Assembly (NCBI GenBank): GCA_004431415.1
Contig: QPMI01000069.1
Coordinates: forward strand, 1 to 59,730
DNA length: 59,730 nucleotides
Source of the DNA: Cyanophora paradoxa CCMP329
Lineage: Eukaryota; Plantae; Glaucophyta
Reading direction: 5' to 3'
Made by a program: the position numbers and the translations under genes. Positions within the stretch are counted from its first letter, which is position 1. Each line of letters opens with the position of its first letter. This document shows positions 11,503 to 22,900 of the stretch, piece after piece. The notes below the pieces were generated by a model. It saw nothing but the letters and a program-made list of their open reading frames with translations, was not told where the DNA came from and did not search any database.

Positions 11503-14500
11503 ATGGGTGACGACAAGCCGAAACTCCCCTTTGGGGAGAAGATCGTCCTGGTTGAGAAAGAGCCCAGCAATGGCTTCTTCACGCGCTTCTGCACGGTGAG
11601 TGCACGTGTTAACGCACCTAGAGGGATCTCGCACACAGGCGAGCCCCTGCGCGCGCTAGCCTGCCCGGGGCAAGTTGCCTGCGCGCACGACCCTCGCGAG
11701 CGGGAGGGCCCTGGGCCATTGCACCAGGCGATCGCACGTACTTCATAAATCGAATGCAAGGGCGTCGAAGGGCGCCTGCCCCAGGCGGATCGGGCCAGGG
11801 CGCGTTTGCGCACCAACTGACAGGTGCTGCTTCCCGCAGATCTTGGAGTATCTGGATGAAGCAATGGAGAACGAGGAGATTATGCAGTGGGTATACGTGA
11901 CCCTGCGCCTCCACCACTTGAAGCAGCTTCGCTGGTCCGCCCTTTCGAAACTTCGAGCTCGAGCTTCGAGCTAAGCTCGCCCACTCAGGTACACGAAGTC
12001 GCGCGCCAGCCGAGGGACGTGGGTCACATCGTGGTTCGTTTCCGCGCTCCGGTCGCCGAGATCAAATTAAGATATCGAGTCGGCCGCGCGCGCAGAACCA
12101 GCTTTCGATGCGTATGAGCACAGCGGCCGTGTTCGGCAAGAATCCGGCGTGCCGCCGCCTCGCGCGCATGTGCATTCCGTACCTGTCAAAGGGCGGAGGC
12201 AACGGCGAGCAGGTTGGTCCCGCGCGCGTCTCTGCCCGCCAACGACCGCGTCTCGCGTGATCCTTCCCGCAATCAGATTCGTCTCGAGATTCTGGCCATC
12301 ATGCGGCGCCACGGCATCAAGGAGGGGCACCGCCCCGGTTCGCCCACTCCGACCTGCCGCCTCCGCCTGCTCTGTCCGCCGCGAGCCGAGCGGCGCGCGC
12401 AGGCATCGACTGCAAGTTCCTCGAGCAGTGGCACCAGGTTTGACTGGCGCCGGGCCCTCCGGGCGCCGCTGACTCGAGGCGGCGCGCGCCGCCCCGGTCT
12501 CGCAGAAGCTGCACCAGAACACGACGATCGAGGACATCGCGATCGCGGACGCGTACATCCACTTCCTCGAGTCGGGCTCGCCGGGCGCGTTCTGGTGGGC
12601 GCTCTGGGAGTGGCACAAGATCCCCAAGGAGCGCCTCGCCAAGTGGACGACGCCGATCACGCACGACCCTCTGCACCTGCCGCAGCTCATCAACGACATC
12701 AAGCACTACCGCTGGATCCTCAAGACCGTCCACGCCAACGACTTCGGCTACCTGCTGGAGACGGGCAAGTGGGCGCTCGAGAAGGCCGGCGAGAACGCCC
12801 TCGTCGGCGAGATCTACGAGGTCCTCCGCAACCAGAGTGCGCCCCGCCCGCCCGCCCGCCCCGCCCGCCCGCCCGCCCGCCCCGCGCACGCCTCGGGGGC
12901 CCCTCCCCGCCCCGCCCTCCCCGCTCGGACCCGGCACCGTCGGCTTCACGAGCAGCGCCTAAGGCGCGAGGCGACGTAGGTGGAGGTGCTAACGCGGGTA
13001 ACGCAGGCGAGTGGTGGGTCCCCGGCAAGATCGCCGACGTGCGCCGCCCCGCCCGCCCGGCGGCGGGCCGCCCTCCCTGACCGGCCGACGCCGCCCGGCG
13101 CCGCAGATCCGGCAACGGATGCAGGGCCCGATGAAGAACGTGTACCAGGGCGAGCGCGACATCCTTATGATCGACGGCGCCGTCCGCCCCGCCCCGCCCC
13201 GCCCCGCCGGCCCCGCCCCGCCGCCACCGACGCGGCGCGCGCAGCTGGAGACAACGTTCCGGGTGCAGCTGGAGCGGGCGGAGGTGGCGGAGAAGCTCGA
13301 CCGCGACGCCCTCATCGACATCTTCGACCTCATCCTCTCCCAGTCCAGCCTCTCCCGCGAGCACCACCCCGAGTGGGAGGGGTACGCGCCCCTGGCCGCC
13401 CCGCCCCGACCCCCGGCGACCGGCTGACGCCGCTTGCGCAGCGTGCTGAAGCAGTGGCGGAAGATGGTGAAGGAGGCGGGCCCGCGGTGGACGCAGGAGT
13501 GGTGCCTGCGCGCCAAGGCCGCCGCCGAGCGCGCCGGCCTCCTCCTCGCCTCCGAGGCCGAGCTCTACCAGCAGTGCGCCCGCGCCGCCCCGCCGCCCGG
13601 CCCTGCGGGGCGCCCGACGCGCCCGACGCGGGACGGGGCGCAGGGTGCTGCAGCCGAAGGCGGAGATCCTCGCCAAGGCCGTGCCTGAGGTGGACCAGGC
13701 CTACATCACCAACTTCGTCGAGGAGGCGCGCCCCGCTCGCCCCGCCGCCTCTGCCGTCTGCGCGCGCTGACTTCGCGGCGGGGGCAGATCATCCGCGGGC
13801 AGCCGTCGTCGATCCTGAGCCAGATCCTCATGAAGCTGGAGCCGCAGTTCCGGGAGGGGGCCGGCATGGGCAAGTGGCAGGTCGTCAGCGCGGGCCGCAC
13901 GGGCGCCGCCACCGGCGAGATCATGGTCATCCCGGACTTCGCCGAGGCGCGCCCCGCCCGCGCAGCTCGCGCGCTGCGCCTTCGCGGCGCGGCGCGGGGC
14001 TGAGGGCCGGGGCGGGCGGGCGCAGGTGCAGGGCAAGTCGTACGCGGCGGGCCCCGCGAAGATCGTCTTCGCGGACAAGGTCGGCGGCAACGACGACATC
14101 CCCTCGGCATCGAGGCCGTCCTCGGTCCGCCCCCCCCCCCCCCCCCCCCCCCCGGCCCCGCCCCGCACCGCGCCGGCCCTGCCGACCCCTTCCTCCGCAG
14201 CCGCCGGCTCGGCGGACGTTCTTTCCCACGTCGCCATCCGCGCGCGCAACCAGGTGCCCCCTTCCCTTCCCGCCCCCGCCCCGCGGCGCCGGCGCCGGCG
14301 GGGTGCCGAGGGTGGCCGGCGGGGGGCGCAGGGCGTGCTGCTGGCGTACTGCGACTGCACGGAGACGCTGAACAAGCTGCGGGGCCAGCACAAGGAGCGC
14401 GACTTCGTGCTCGTACGCATCGACGCGACCGGCGGCGTCGAGCTCAAGGAGGGGCACCACGCGCCGGCCCCCGCCAACGGCGCCGGCAAGGCATCCCCGG

Positions 14501-16394
14501 CCCCCGGCGGCTTCGCGATCCCGGCGCCCAAGGCGTGGCCCGGCTACTTCCTGGCCGCCAAGGACTTCGAGAAGGGGCTCGTGGGCGGCAAGTCGCTCCA
14601 CCTGAAGAAGCTCGGCGACGCCCTCGCCGGCATCGGCGGCGCCGACTCGTGCGCTCCGGCCGCCCGGCCGGTGCCGACGCCGCTGACGCGGGGCGGCGGC
14701 AGGGCGGGCATCAAGCTCCCGAGGGCTTCGCCGTCCCCTTCGGCTCCTTCGAGAAGGCCCTCGGGCCCTCGAGCGCCGAGCTCGCCGCCAAGAAGGGTGG
14801 CGCCGCCAAGGCCGACGAGGCGCGCCGCCCCGCCCCCGCCCGGCCGCCCCGCCCCCGCGGCGCGCTGACGGGGGCGCGCAGGCCCCGGCCACGCCGGCGG
14901 AGGCGCTCATCCGGACGATCGAGGCGCTGCTCAAGGCCGCGCGCGAGGCCGACAAGGCCGGCGTCCGCGCCGCCGTGCAGGTCCGCCCCGCCCCGGCCCG
15001 CCCCGCCCCGCCGCGGCCCGGCGCCTGATGCCTTTCGGGCGCAGGCGTCGCTCCAGGGCGTCGTGGCGGCCATCGACGAGTCGGAGTACGGCCCCCGAAG
15101 GTCCCTCGCTCGCCCCCGGCCTCGGGCGCGGGCGCGGTCCGAGGGGAGGCGGCGCGCAGGCGGAGGCGGCGGCACCGGCGAAGCCGAAGGTGAAGAAGGC
15201 GCTGCCGGACGCGGTGGAGGCGCTGGCGGCGGAGGCGCGCGAGGCGCACGCCCGCGGCGACGGCGCCGCCATGTCCGCAGCCCTTGCCGAGCTCCGGTCC
15301 GCCCGCCCGCGCGCCCCGCCCCGCTCGGCTCGGCTGACGTGCGGCTGCGCCCCAGGGCGGACATCGTGGAGCGGCTGGAGGCGCCCAAGGAGGCCCGCGC
15401 CGCCGTCGAGCGGGTGCGCCCCGGCCCCGCCACTCGGGCCCGCCCGGCCCGAGGCCGAGCGGGGCGGGGGGCCAGATCGTGGAGGGCCTCGGGGTCGCCC
15501 CCGAGGAGCGCTCCTCCGCCTCCGACGCCCTCTGGACGAGGCGAGACGCCCGCCCGCCCCTCGGAGCCCCGGCCCTGACGGCTGCGCCCGCCGCCCTTGC
15601 AGCGTCAAGCGCGTGTGGTCCTCGAAGTGGACGGACCGCGCCGTCCTCTCCCGCACCACCATGGCCGTGCCCGACCGGTGCCCCGCCCCGCCCCGCCCCG
15701 ACGTACCCCCCGCCGCCTCACCCCCCCCGCCCCGCAGCGCGCTCGCCCCCTCCCTCCCCCCCGCCCCCGCCCCTCTCCTCGCCCCCTCCCTCCCGCCGGC
15801 CGCCGACGCGGCGCGCCCCGCAGATCCTCTCGTTCCCGTCGAAGCGGGTGGGGATCTTCGTGCCGGAGGGGGCCTCGGCGGCGCTCATGGCCCGCTCCGA
15901 CTCCAACGGGGAGGACCTCGAGGACTTCGCCGGCGCGCCCCCCCCCCCCCCCCCCCCCCCTCCCTTCCCTTCCTTTTCCTTCCTTTTCTCTTCTTACGGG
16001 GCGGGCCGGCGCGGGCGCAGGGGCCGGGCTGTACGACTCGGTGGTCTCGGGGGCGAGGTCGGAGGAGCGGGCGCTCTCCTACGCCGACGAGGCGCTCTTC
16101 TGGGACGCCGCCCTCCGCGAGACCATCGTGCCCCGCCCGCCCCGCCCCGCCCGCCCCGCCGCCTTTGCTCGCGCTGACGAAGCGGCCTCGGACAGGTCAA
16201 GCGGCTCGCGGCCGTCGGGCTGGCCGTCGAGCGCGCCATGGGCGGCTCCCCGCAGGTGCGCCGCGCCCCCGCGCGCGAGGCCCCGCGCGCGGTGCCAGCG
16301 CTGACGCGCCGTTGTGCGCGCGCAGGACGTGGAGGGCGTGTGGGGCCTCGACGGCTCCATCACCGTCGTCCAGACGCGCCCCCAGGTCCTGTAG
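11503..16394 (+). CDS. GWD: Alpha-glucan water dikinase (GWD/R1 family), multi-exon
   Basis: IRLEILAIMRR..FLEQWHQ|KLHQNTT, ILKTVH, FVEE|IIRG, GKWQVVS, phospho-His motif DVLSHVAIRARN (~14215-14250), VGGKS, FAVPFGSFE, VKRVWSSKWTDRA, RSDSNGEDLEDFAGAGLYDSV and PQDVEGV..VVQTRPQVL-stop (TAG 16392-16394), all colinear with plant/algal GWD. Confidence 0.95.
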
Positions 16395-17025
16395 GCGTCG
16401 GCTCTCGCCGGCCCGAGCTCCGAGTGGGGCCACCTGTACACGTAATTCTATTTTGCTCGTTCCTCTGGGGCCGGGCGTCTGTAGGCAGGGAGCTCAGTCA
16501 CGGCCGCTCGCGGGGGCCGCGACCCGCCGGCCCCTCGCTCTACTTCCGGACCGGATCGGGAATCGATATCGGCGTGACGTCGACGTGCACGTGCGGGCCG
16601 GTGCGGCTCTAGCTAACGCGACGTTCCGGGTAGCCTAGTAGTGGCGCGGCAGGAGCGCGCGGCTGGCGAACGCCGGCGCCAAAGGGATGGGGTTGATAGC
16701 GATAGCGATCCGGGTGCGGAGCAAACCGGATCGGTAAATACGTACCGGTACCGTTGCATTGCAGCCAATTTGCAGGCGCCGCGGCGCCCGGGCCGGCCCG
16801 CCGGCAATTGCAATACTAGTACAAATTGTACAATTAACAAGGGGCCCGTCCGGCTTCCCGCAGAAGTTCCGTGCCGAGGCCTGAAGCCGGGCCGCGCCCG
16901 CGGCACTCCCAGTCTCCCACCCGCCGGCGCCGGCGCGCCGCCGCCCGGCACGCGCCAGGCACGCCATCGACACCAGCGGCTCGTGGCCATCGGCGGCGCT
17001 GCACGGCTCGACGCGGTGCCTCAAA

Positions 17026-17097
17026 TGTCCCCTGTGGGGTTCGAACCCACGACCTGTAGCGTGTAAAGCTAACGCGCTACCACTGCGCCAAGGGAAC
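17026..17097 (-). tRNA. trnV-TAC: tRNA-Val (anticodon TAC)
   Basis: Minus strand GTTCCCTTGGCGCAGTGGTAGCGCGTTAGCTTTACACGCTACAGGTCGTGGGTTCGAACCCCACAGGGGACA folds as a cloverleaf with A-box/D-arm, loop TTTACAC and GTTCGAA T-loop. Confidence 0.93.
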
Positions 17098-17284
17098 TGG
17101 CGACCTGACAGATTTCGACCGGTACTCGTTCGCTGTTTGTTCGTGACCCGCCGGGGGACCCGGGAGTCCGTGAATTCCATGGCCAGTCGACGTCTCTCAA
17201 TTTGAGTCTGGCGGCCGCGTGGCCGGGCCCAGGCCTACGCATAGCGAGCTCAAGATCTGTTGAATTAGACCCCTCCTTGCACAC
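17046..17284. repeat. 239-bp direct repeat, copy 1 (tRNA 5' part plus upstream flank)
   Basis: Matches 19204-19442 at offset 2158; one substitution noticed (cgacctgaca vs cgacttgaca). Confidence 0.92.
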
Positions 17285-19203
17285 GAGAGAGAGACGTCCG
17301 TCAGCAACAGTCGTCTCCCGGATCCGATCGAAGTTCGCCTCGAGCTCCCGGCCGTCGGGCCCAGGCCCGCGCAGCGCAGCGAGGCGCCGGCGTCGCATGC
17401 GCAATTTTCTAGATTTTCGGGGATGTCGCGCGGCTCGGGAATCATGATCAGCCGGTTTGGGATCCGGTGCAGCGCCTTCAGAAAGCTAGCGCTTCCGCGC
17501 TATAGCTAGCGCTGCGCATGCGCAGCTGCAGCGGCGCGCATTCAAAGCGCGAAGCGCGCGCTCGCTGGCCCATGGCCATGCCATGATCATCGGATAGGGC
17601 AGCCTGGCACCGCGCGGCCGCTCCGATCCGGATCCGCGGCCGGCCGCGGCGCCCGGAGGGGACCGGAGACTCGGAGCGCGCCCGCCCGCGCGCGGGCCCT
17701 GCGCAAGATCCCCTTTAAGTTACTCTCGCGATCGCACATATTATACGACCACTCCGGGGATTCGTTGCGGGCGCACGCCCCGGGCCCTGACTGTTTAATT
17801 TGCAAGTTGCTACGCCCCACGGCGCCCCGGCCCGGCCCGCGCCCGGGCCCGCCCCGCCCCGTAGCCGCTCCGCCCCGCTGCCGCCCCGCCCCGCGGCCGC
17901 CCCGCGCCGCGGTCGCCCCGCTCCGCCCCGCCCCGTGCACGTGGCAGCTCCGCCCAGCCCCGCCCCGCCCCACCGGCGGCCCGCAGCCGCCCCGCAGCCG
18001 CCCCGCCCCGCGGCCCGTGGCCGCCCTGCCCACTCCGCCCCGCCCCTCCCCGCCCCGCGGCCGCCCCGCGGCCGCCCCGCGGCCGCGCGCCCCGCCCCGC
18101 CCCGCCCCACCCCGGCCGTCTGCAGACTGCCTGTTCTGATTATGCTGGCGGGAGAAGGATCGGGAGTCGCGATCGGTCCTCGCCGTCGACGTTAACGCTA
18201 AGGTTGCAATTACCAACAGCCACCGCGGCCGCCAGCTGCATCCGCTGGCCATGCATACGGTGGCCCCCCGGTGCTCCCCTAGGCCTCGAGCTCGCGGTCG
18301 CGCTCCGGATCCGGATCCTCATCATCGTATATACGCATCCTCGCCCTTCGAATTCATATAATTATAATACGTATATACGTATATATGTTTTTAATTTATA
18401 ATCATGATCGATATCATGATCATGAATGCCTCTCGAGGAAACTTTGAAATGCTGCAGCACGTGGAGGGCATTTGCATCCTAGGCCTGCGGCTCCGGGATC
18501 CCCCCGCGGCCGATCGCGACCAGCTCCCGCAGGCGCGCGCAATATACAGCGCACGTTCTGCATACGCAGCCTGTTCCATTAATATTCCAACCCCAAGATA
18601 TTAATAATCCCCCCCCCCACACACACACACCCCACCCCCCCACCCCCCACCCCCACACCAAATTTCATTCACCATGCCAGTAGTACCCCCTTCCGCCCCC
18701 TCCCCCCTCCCCTCCCCCTCCCCACTCCCTCCCTCCCCCCCCCCCCCCTCCGGGCCCCATCGATATCGATACATCGATACATGTAAACTGGTACCATGCA
18801 TGATATATATGTATGATATCGATCATGAGCCCTGGATCCGGACTCGAGCTCCCCCCACGTGCGCCCCCACATCATTCCTCAGGAGAAGGGCTCCACTCCC
18901 ACCCCTGGAGGATTAATATTGGAGGGCAGGAGAGCTCCTTCCCCGCCCCTTTTTCCCGCCGCGCGGCGCCGGCCGGGCACACCATGGCCATGGGGGAGGC
19001 GCCTACTACTTGTGCCTGTACAGAAACAAAGCCCTATAGCTAGCTATATATAGCCTAGTAGGACAGGAGCAAGAAGATCATTAAGACTAATTATATAAGA
19101 GCCAAGCTAAAAGCGAGACAGACCGATCGAGTTACCTGAAGATTGATTGACGATGTAGTCGAATTCGAAATCTTTAGCTCCGCCCGGCCCTCGAATTGCC
19201 CGG

Positions 19204-19255
19204 CCCACGACCTGTAGCGTGTAAAGCTAACGCGCTACCACTGCGCCAAGGGAAC
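19204..19255 (-). pseudogene. 3'-truncated copy of tRNA-Val(TAC)
   Basis: Identical to the 5' 52 nt of the tRNA at 17026-17097; ends just before the TTCGA T-loop and lacks the 3' acceptor strand. Confidence 0.88.
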
Positions 19256-19442
19256 TGGCGACTTGACAGATTTCGACCGGTACTCGTTCGCTGTTTGTTC
19301 GTGACCCGCCGGGGGACCCGGGAGTCCGTGAATTCCATGGCCAGTCGACGTCTCTCAATTTGAGTCTGGCGGCCGCGTGGCCGGGCCCAGGCCTACGCAT
19401 AGCGAGCTCAAGATCTGTTGAATTAGACCCCTCCTTGCACAC
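19204..19442. repeat. 239-bp direct repeat, copy 2
   Basis: Near-identical to 17046-17284. Confidence 0.92.
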
Positions 19443-19941
19443 CCTGCAGCTGAGACGAACAGGGGGCGGGTGCAAATCGAAGACCTAGCTATAGAATATA
19501 TATGAGACGTGGTGTTCTTGACGAGACGTCCACTTTTGCAATAAAACTTCCCCTTCCCCCCCTACCCCCTGCCTCACGACTGAGCTTCGCGACTGGGAAG
19601 TCGCGATCGTAGATCGGGGATTAGCTTCGGCCGATGGACACCGCGCCCCGCACCGGGTACCGGTGCCGGCATGACCTTCGATTAGGGATTTTTCTGAGCG
19701 ATACGACGGGTAGTAATATTAAAAGACAACAGAGTAATCACAACTCAAAGAGATCGCAGACAATCGCAGACACTCGCAAGACGATCACGTTAAGGGGCAC
19801 GGTCACGAGAACGCAAGAGATAAGGAGAAAGGTGATAGCTATAGGAAAGTTTACAAAACTAGATTTATTATTCTATGTATACTTAGGCGGGATCGTCGAA
19901 AGAGTGCGCATATGCATGCACATGCTGCTCTACGCCGACGA

Positions 19942-22900
19942 TTAGGAGCTCGCGATCGTGTCACGATCGCGAACAGGTCGCGAAAACGCCAGAGGGCGCC
20001 CGCCTCTGGCCGTCGGCAACGAGGCACTGGCTGGAAGAAGCTCTAGAGCGGATTCCAACGCATCAATGTCGGGCTGGCCCGCGGGGTCAGCTCCGAGGGA
20101 GTCGGCACTGCTCGCGATCGTCATGGCCCCCAGCAGAGGCGGGGCTCGCGCGTCGGCCTTCGGGGTGCCGGCGCTTGGGGCGGGGGATGCGGACTCGCCA
20201 TCGCCGGACACGGTTCGCTGCAGCAGCAACTGGCCGTGGTCAAGGTCGCCACCGATGCCCAGGGCTGACGAGGGTGGGCGCATTGCGGATGTGGCTTCCG
20301 AGTCGGGGATCAGGACAGGTGCCACAGGCTGGACGCCGCCTGAGAAACGATACAGAGGCGACTGGGGGGCACTGCAGTGTTGATTGCGCGGTGAATCGCC
20401 GGCCGGACTGCCAGAGATCGCAGGCAAAGATGCGCGGTGGGTGATAAACGAGTCCACGGAGACGCTGGACGAGTTGCTGGGCCTGCTGGCAGCGGACGAG
20501 CCGTCGAGCACGACGACTGCGCCGGCGGGTCCCGCCCGAGGGCGGCCCTTGGCGAGCTCCAGCGTCGTGGTGGAGAACGACCGGGAGCGGTGGAGCGCGC
20601 CTCGAAATCCGTTGGCTTCAGCGGGCGAGCAGTGACCTGCACCTTCCTCCGCAACGGATGGGACTACTTCGACTTTTTCGAAGCGCCACAGCTCGCGAAG
20701 GACGCCACGCCAGTTCCGCATGCGGCGAATCCGCATTTTGTCCGCCGCCTCCCACTGGGACTTGAGCCTGCGCGTGCGGCCGCGGTCGCCCTGCAGCCGC
20801 CCGCGCTCCGCGAGGCGCTCGAGCTCCCTGCTGCGCCGCCCGAGCTCCGCCGCGCGCTCCTCCTCCGAGAAGAGGCCGTGCTTGCCCAGGAGCTCGTTGA
20901 GCGCGACGTCGTTCTTCAGCCGCTTGAGCGCGGCGGGAAGCTTCGCCTGCGACTCGCCTGATTCGCTCCCTGTGCCCGTTTTGTCTTCACCCTCGAGCTT
21001 GCTGTTGGAGTTCAGGTCGCGATCGCTTGGGTCGGGGCCCGTATGCGTATCCGAAGCTGTCGTCGACTTTGCTCCCTCGGCTTTCTTCTTGCCGAACAGC
21101 TGCCAGGCTGGCGGATGCGCTGCAGCAAAGAGCGCTTTCCACTAGCTGCTGCCTTTGCGTCCTCCCTCCGCTTCTGTTGCTTCAGCTCTTCAAGAGCGCT
21201 CAGTGCCTTCGTGAAGTCGCCATGCAGCCCCTCTTCGGTCTCCTCGGCCACAGATATGTGCAGCTTTGTCGTCCCGTCGACGGCTGCCGGGGTCCTCTGG
21301 AGCGCGCAGAAGAGCCCGAGGAGAATGGAGTCATAGCGCGACCTGCAGGGCCATTAGCACGATGTCAATTGGCATGGCTGTAGCTGCTGCCGACTGCAGC
21401 GCTTGTGCACAGCTCACCTATACAGCGATTCCATGTCTACCGAGGTGCTTGTGGGCTTCGAACCATCACCATCCTTTGCTTTGCTGCGGCCTCTCTTTTC
21501 TTGATGGGAGGCATCCGGATCTAGCCGCAGCGTCCACTCGACGTCAGCAATGATAGTCCACGCGTTGCGAGTCCTGTAGAAAGGAAATTTCAGAAACGTG
21601 CCGGATTGCCAGCACACTTCACGGATCACGAGATCAACTCACTTGCTGGCGAGGAGTTCCAGAGCGATGCGCGATTCGGCGCAATTGACGCGCAACGCCC
21701 TCACCCGACCGGTGACCGCATCCGACACAGCATTAGACGCCGAACGTATGGCGTTCAAGTATGCATCGCGCTTCTTTATCAGCGCCCCCAGCAGCTGGAG
21801 CTTGCCGAGCATGTTGTCGGCCACCAAGATAAAGCTCATGACCATCGCGACTTGGAACATGATCGCGCCTTATAGGGATTAGGGCGGGCCTTTGATGCAT
21901 GCGTCAACGAGCCAGGAAGCGCTCACCGGCGTCCCAGCCCCACCCGAGGTCCACCTGCAGGATGGCGAGCATGATGATTGACTCCTCGAACAGAGTGAAG
22001 CCTTCCACAATGCCGACCCTGGCGAAACTCGGCGTCAGAAGACGGATGAAGCCCGCATTATTCTACAACTAGCTTTAGCCCACAGACCAGCGGCAGATGA
22101 ACGGGCGGGCGATTATGTGCAGAACGAGCGTGAAGATGTTGATCCCCAAAAGCAGCGTCACTTGAAGCATGGGGGTGAACGACTCGCCGACCGAGGCGAG
22201 CGCGCCGCTGATGGCGTTGTCCTCGCCGCCGCTGCCGCTGCTCTGCGCCTGCTGGGCCGACATGACGCCGACGACGATCACGCTCAGCAGCTGGCGGACA
22301 AGAGCCAGTACACCCGTCAGAAACGCCATTTGGTTGTCGGTGAAGTCCGCGTAGAGAATCTGACGAAAGCCAGTCAGCTTTCGTCGCGTCGCTGTTGCGC
22401 TGAAAAGTGATTGAACGACGTCAACGCACGTTCCATCCGTCCGCAAAGCCCTTGGCTCGGTTTCCGTACTCCCGCTGATTCACCACCCAACTCCCGCGGA
22501 ACATCAACGTATTCAGCTGCGCGCACGGCGAAAACAATGTAAGAGCTACTAACTGAATGCAGGCTAGGGGATATTCAGCGCAGGAAATTAAAGCCGACCT
22601 TGTTGAAGAAGACCTCCATAGCGTCTCCGAAGCGAATGGCAAGCTTCCCCGCTGCACGGCTGATGTGGACGCCGACTCGAGTAGCGAAAGTCTTTCTACG
22701 GACGCGCCCTTTCGCATCGAACTGTGTGTCGTCAACCTCCTCGAGCAGGCCATCGCTCCGTTCCGATGTGGCCTCGCTCCCGTCGATGCTACGTGCGACT
22801 GTCCGCGGGCGAGCGCGCCCATCCGCTTCGAAGCCGCTCTCATCGAGCTCCTCGAGCAGTCCACCGCTCCGCTCGGATGTCGCGTCGCTCCCCCCATGGC

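Noticed and set aside
4600-18250. Many long overlapping Arg/Ala/Gly/Pro-rich ORFs on both strands (e.g. 4959-7346 +, 13927-15249 -, 17587-18252 -)
   Set aside because: Expected shadow ORFs in very GC-rich DNA that lacks stop codons; the real genes are spliced and lie in other frames.
18605-18750. Long poly-C/CA tracts (also ~14127-14153, ~15937-15960 and ~36153-36188) as functional G-quadruplex elements
   Set aside because: Common low-complexity sequence in this genome with unreliable lengths; nothing specific supports a function.
22736-22894. Short duplicated segment (GSEATSERSDGLLEE / GSDATSERSGGLLEE)
   Set aside because: Real but a minor two-copy repeat in a disordered loop of the giant membrane protein; not a separate element.
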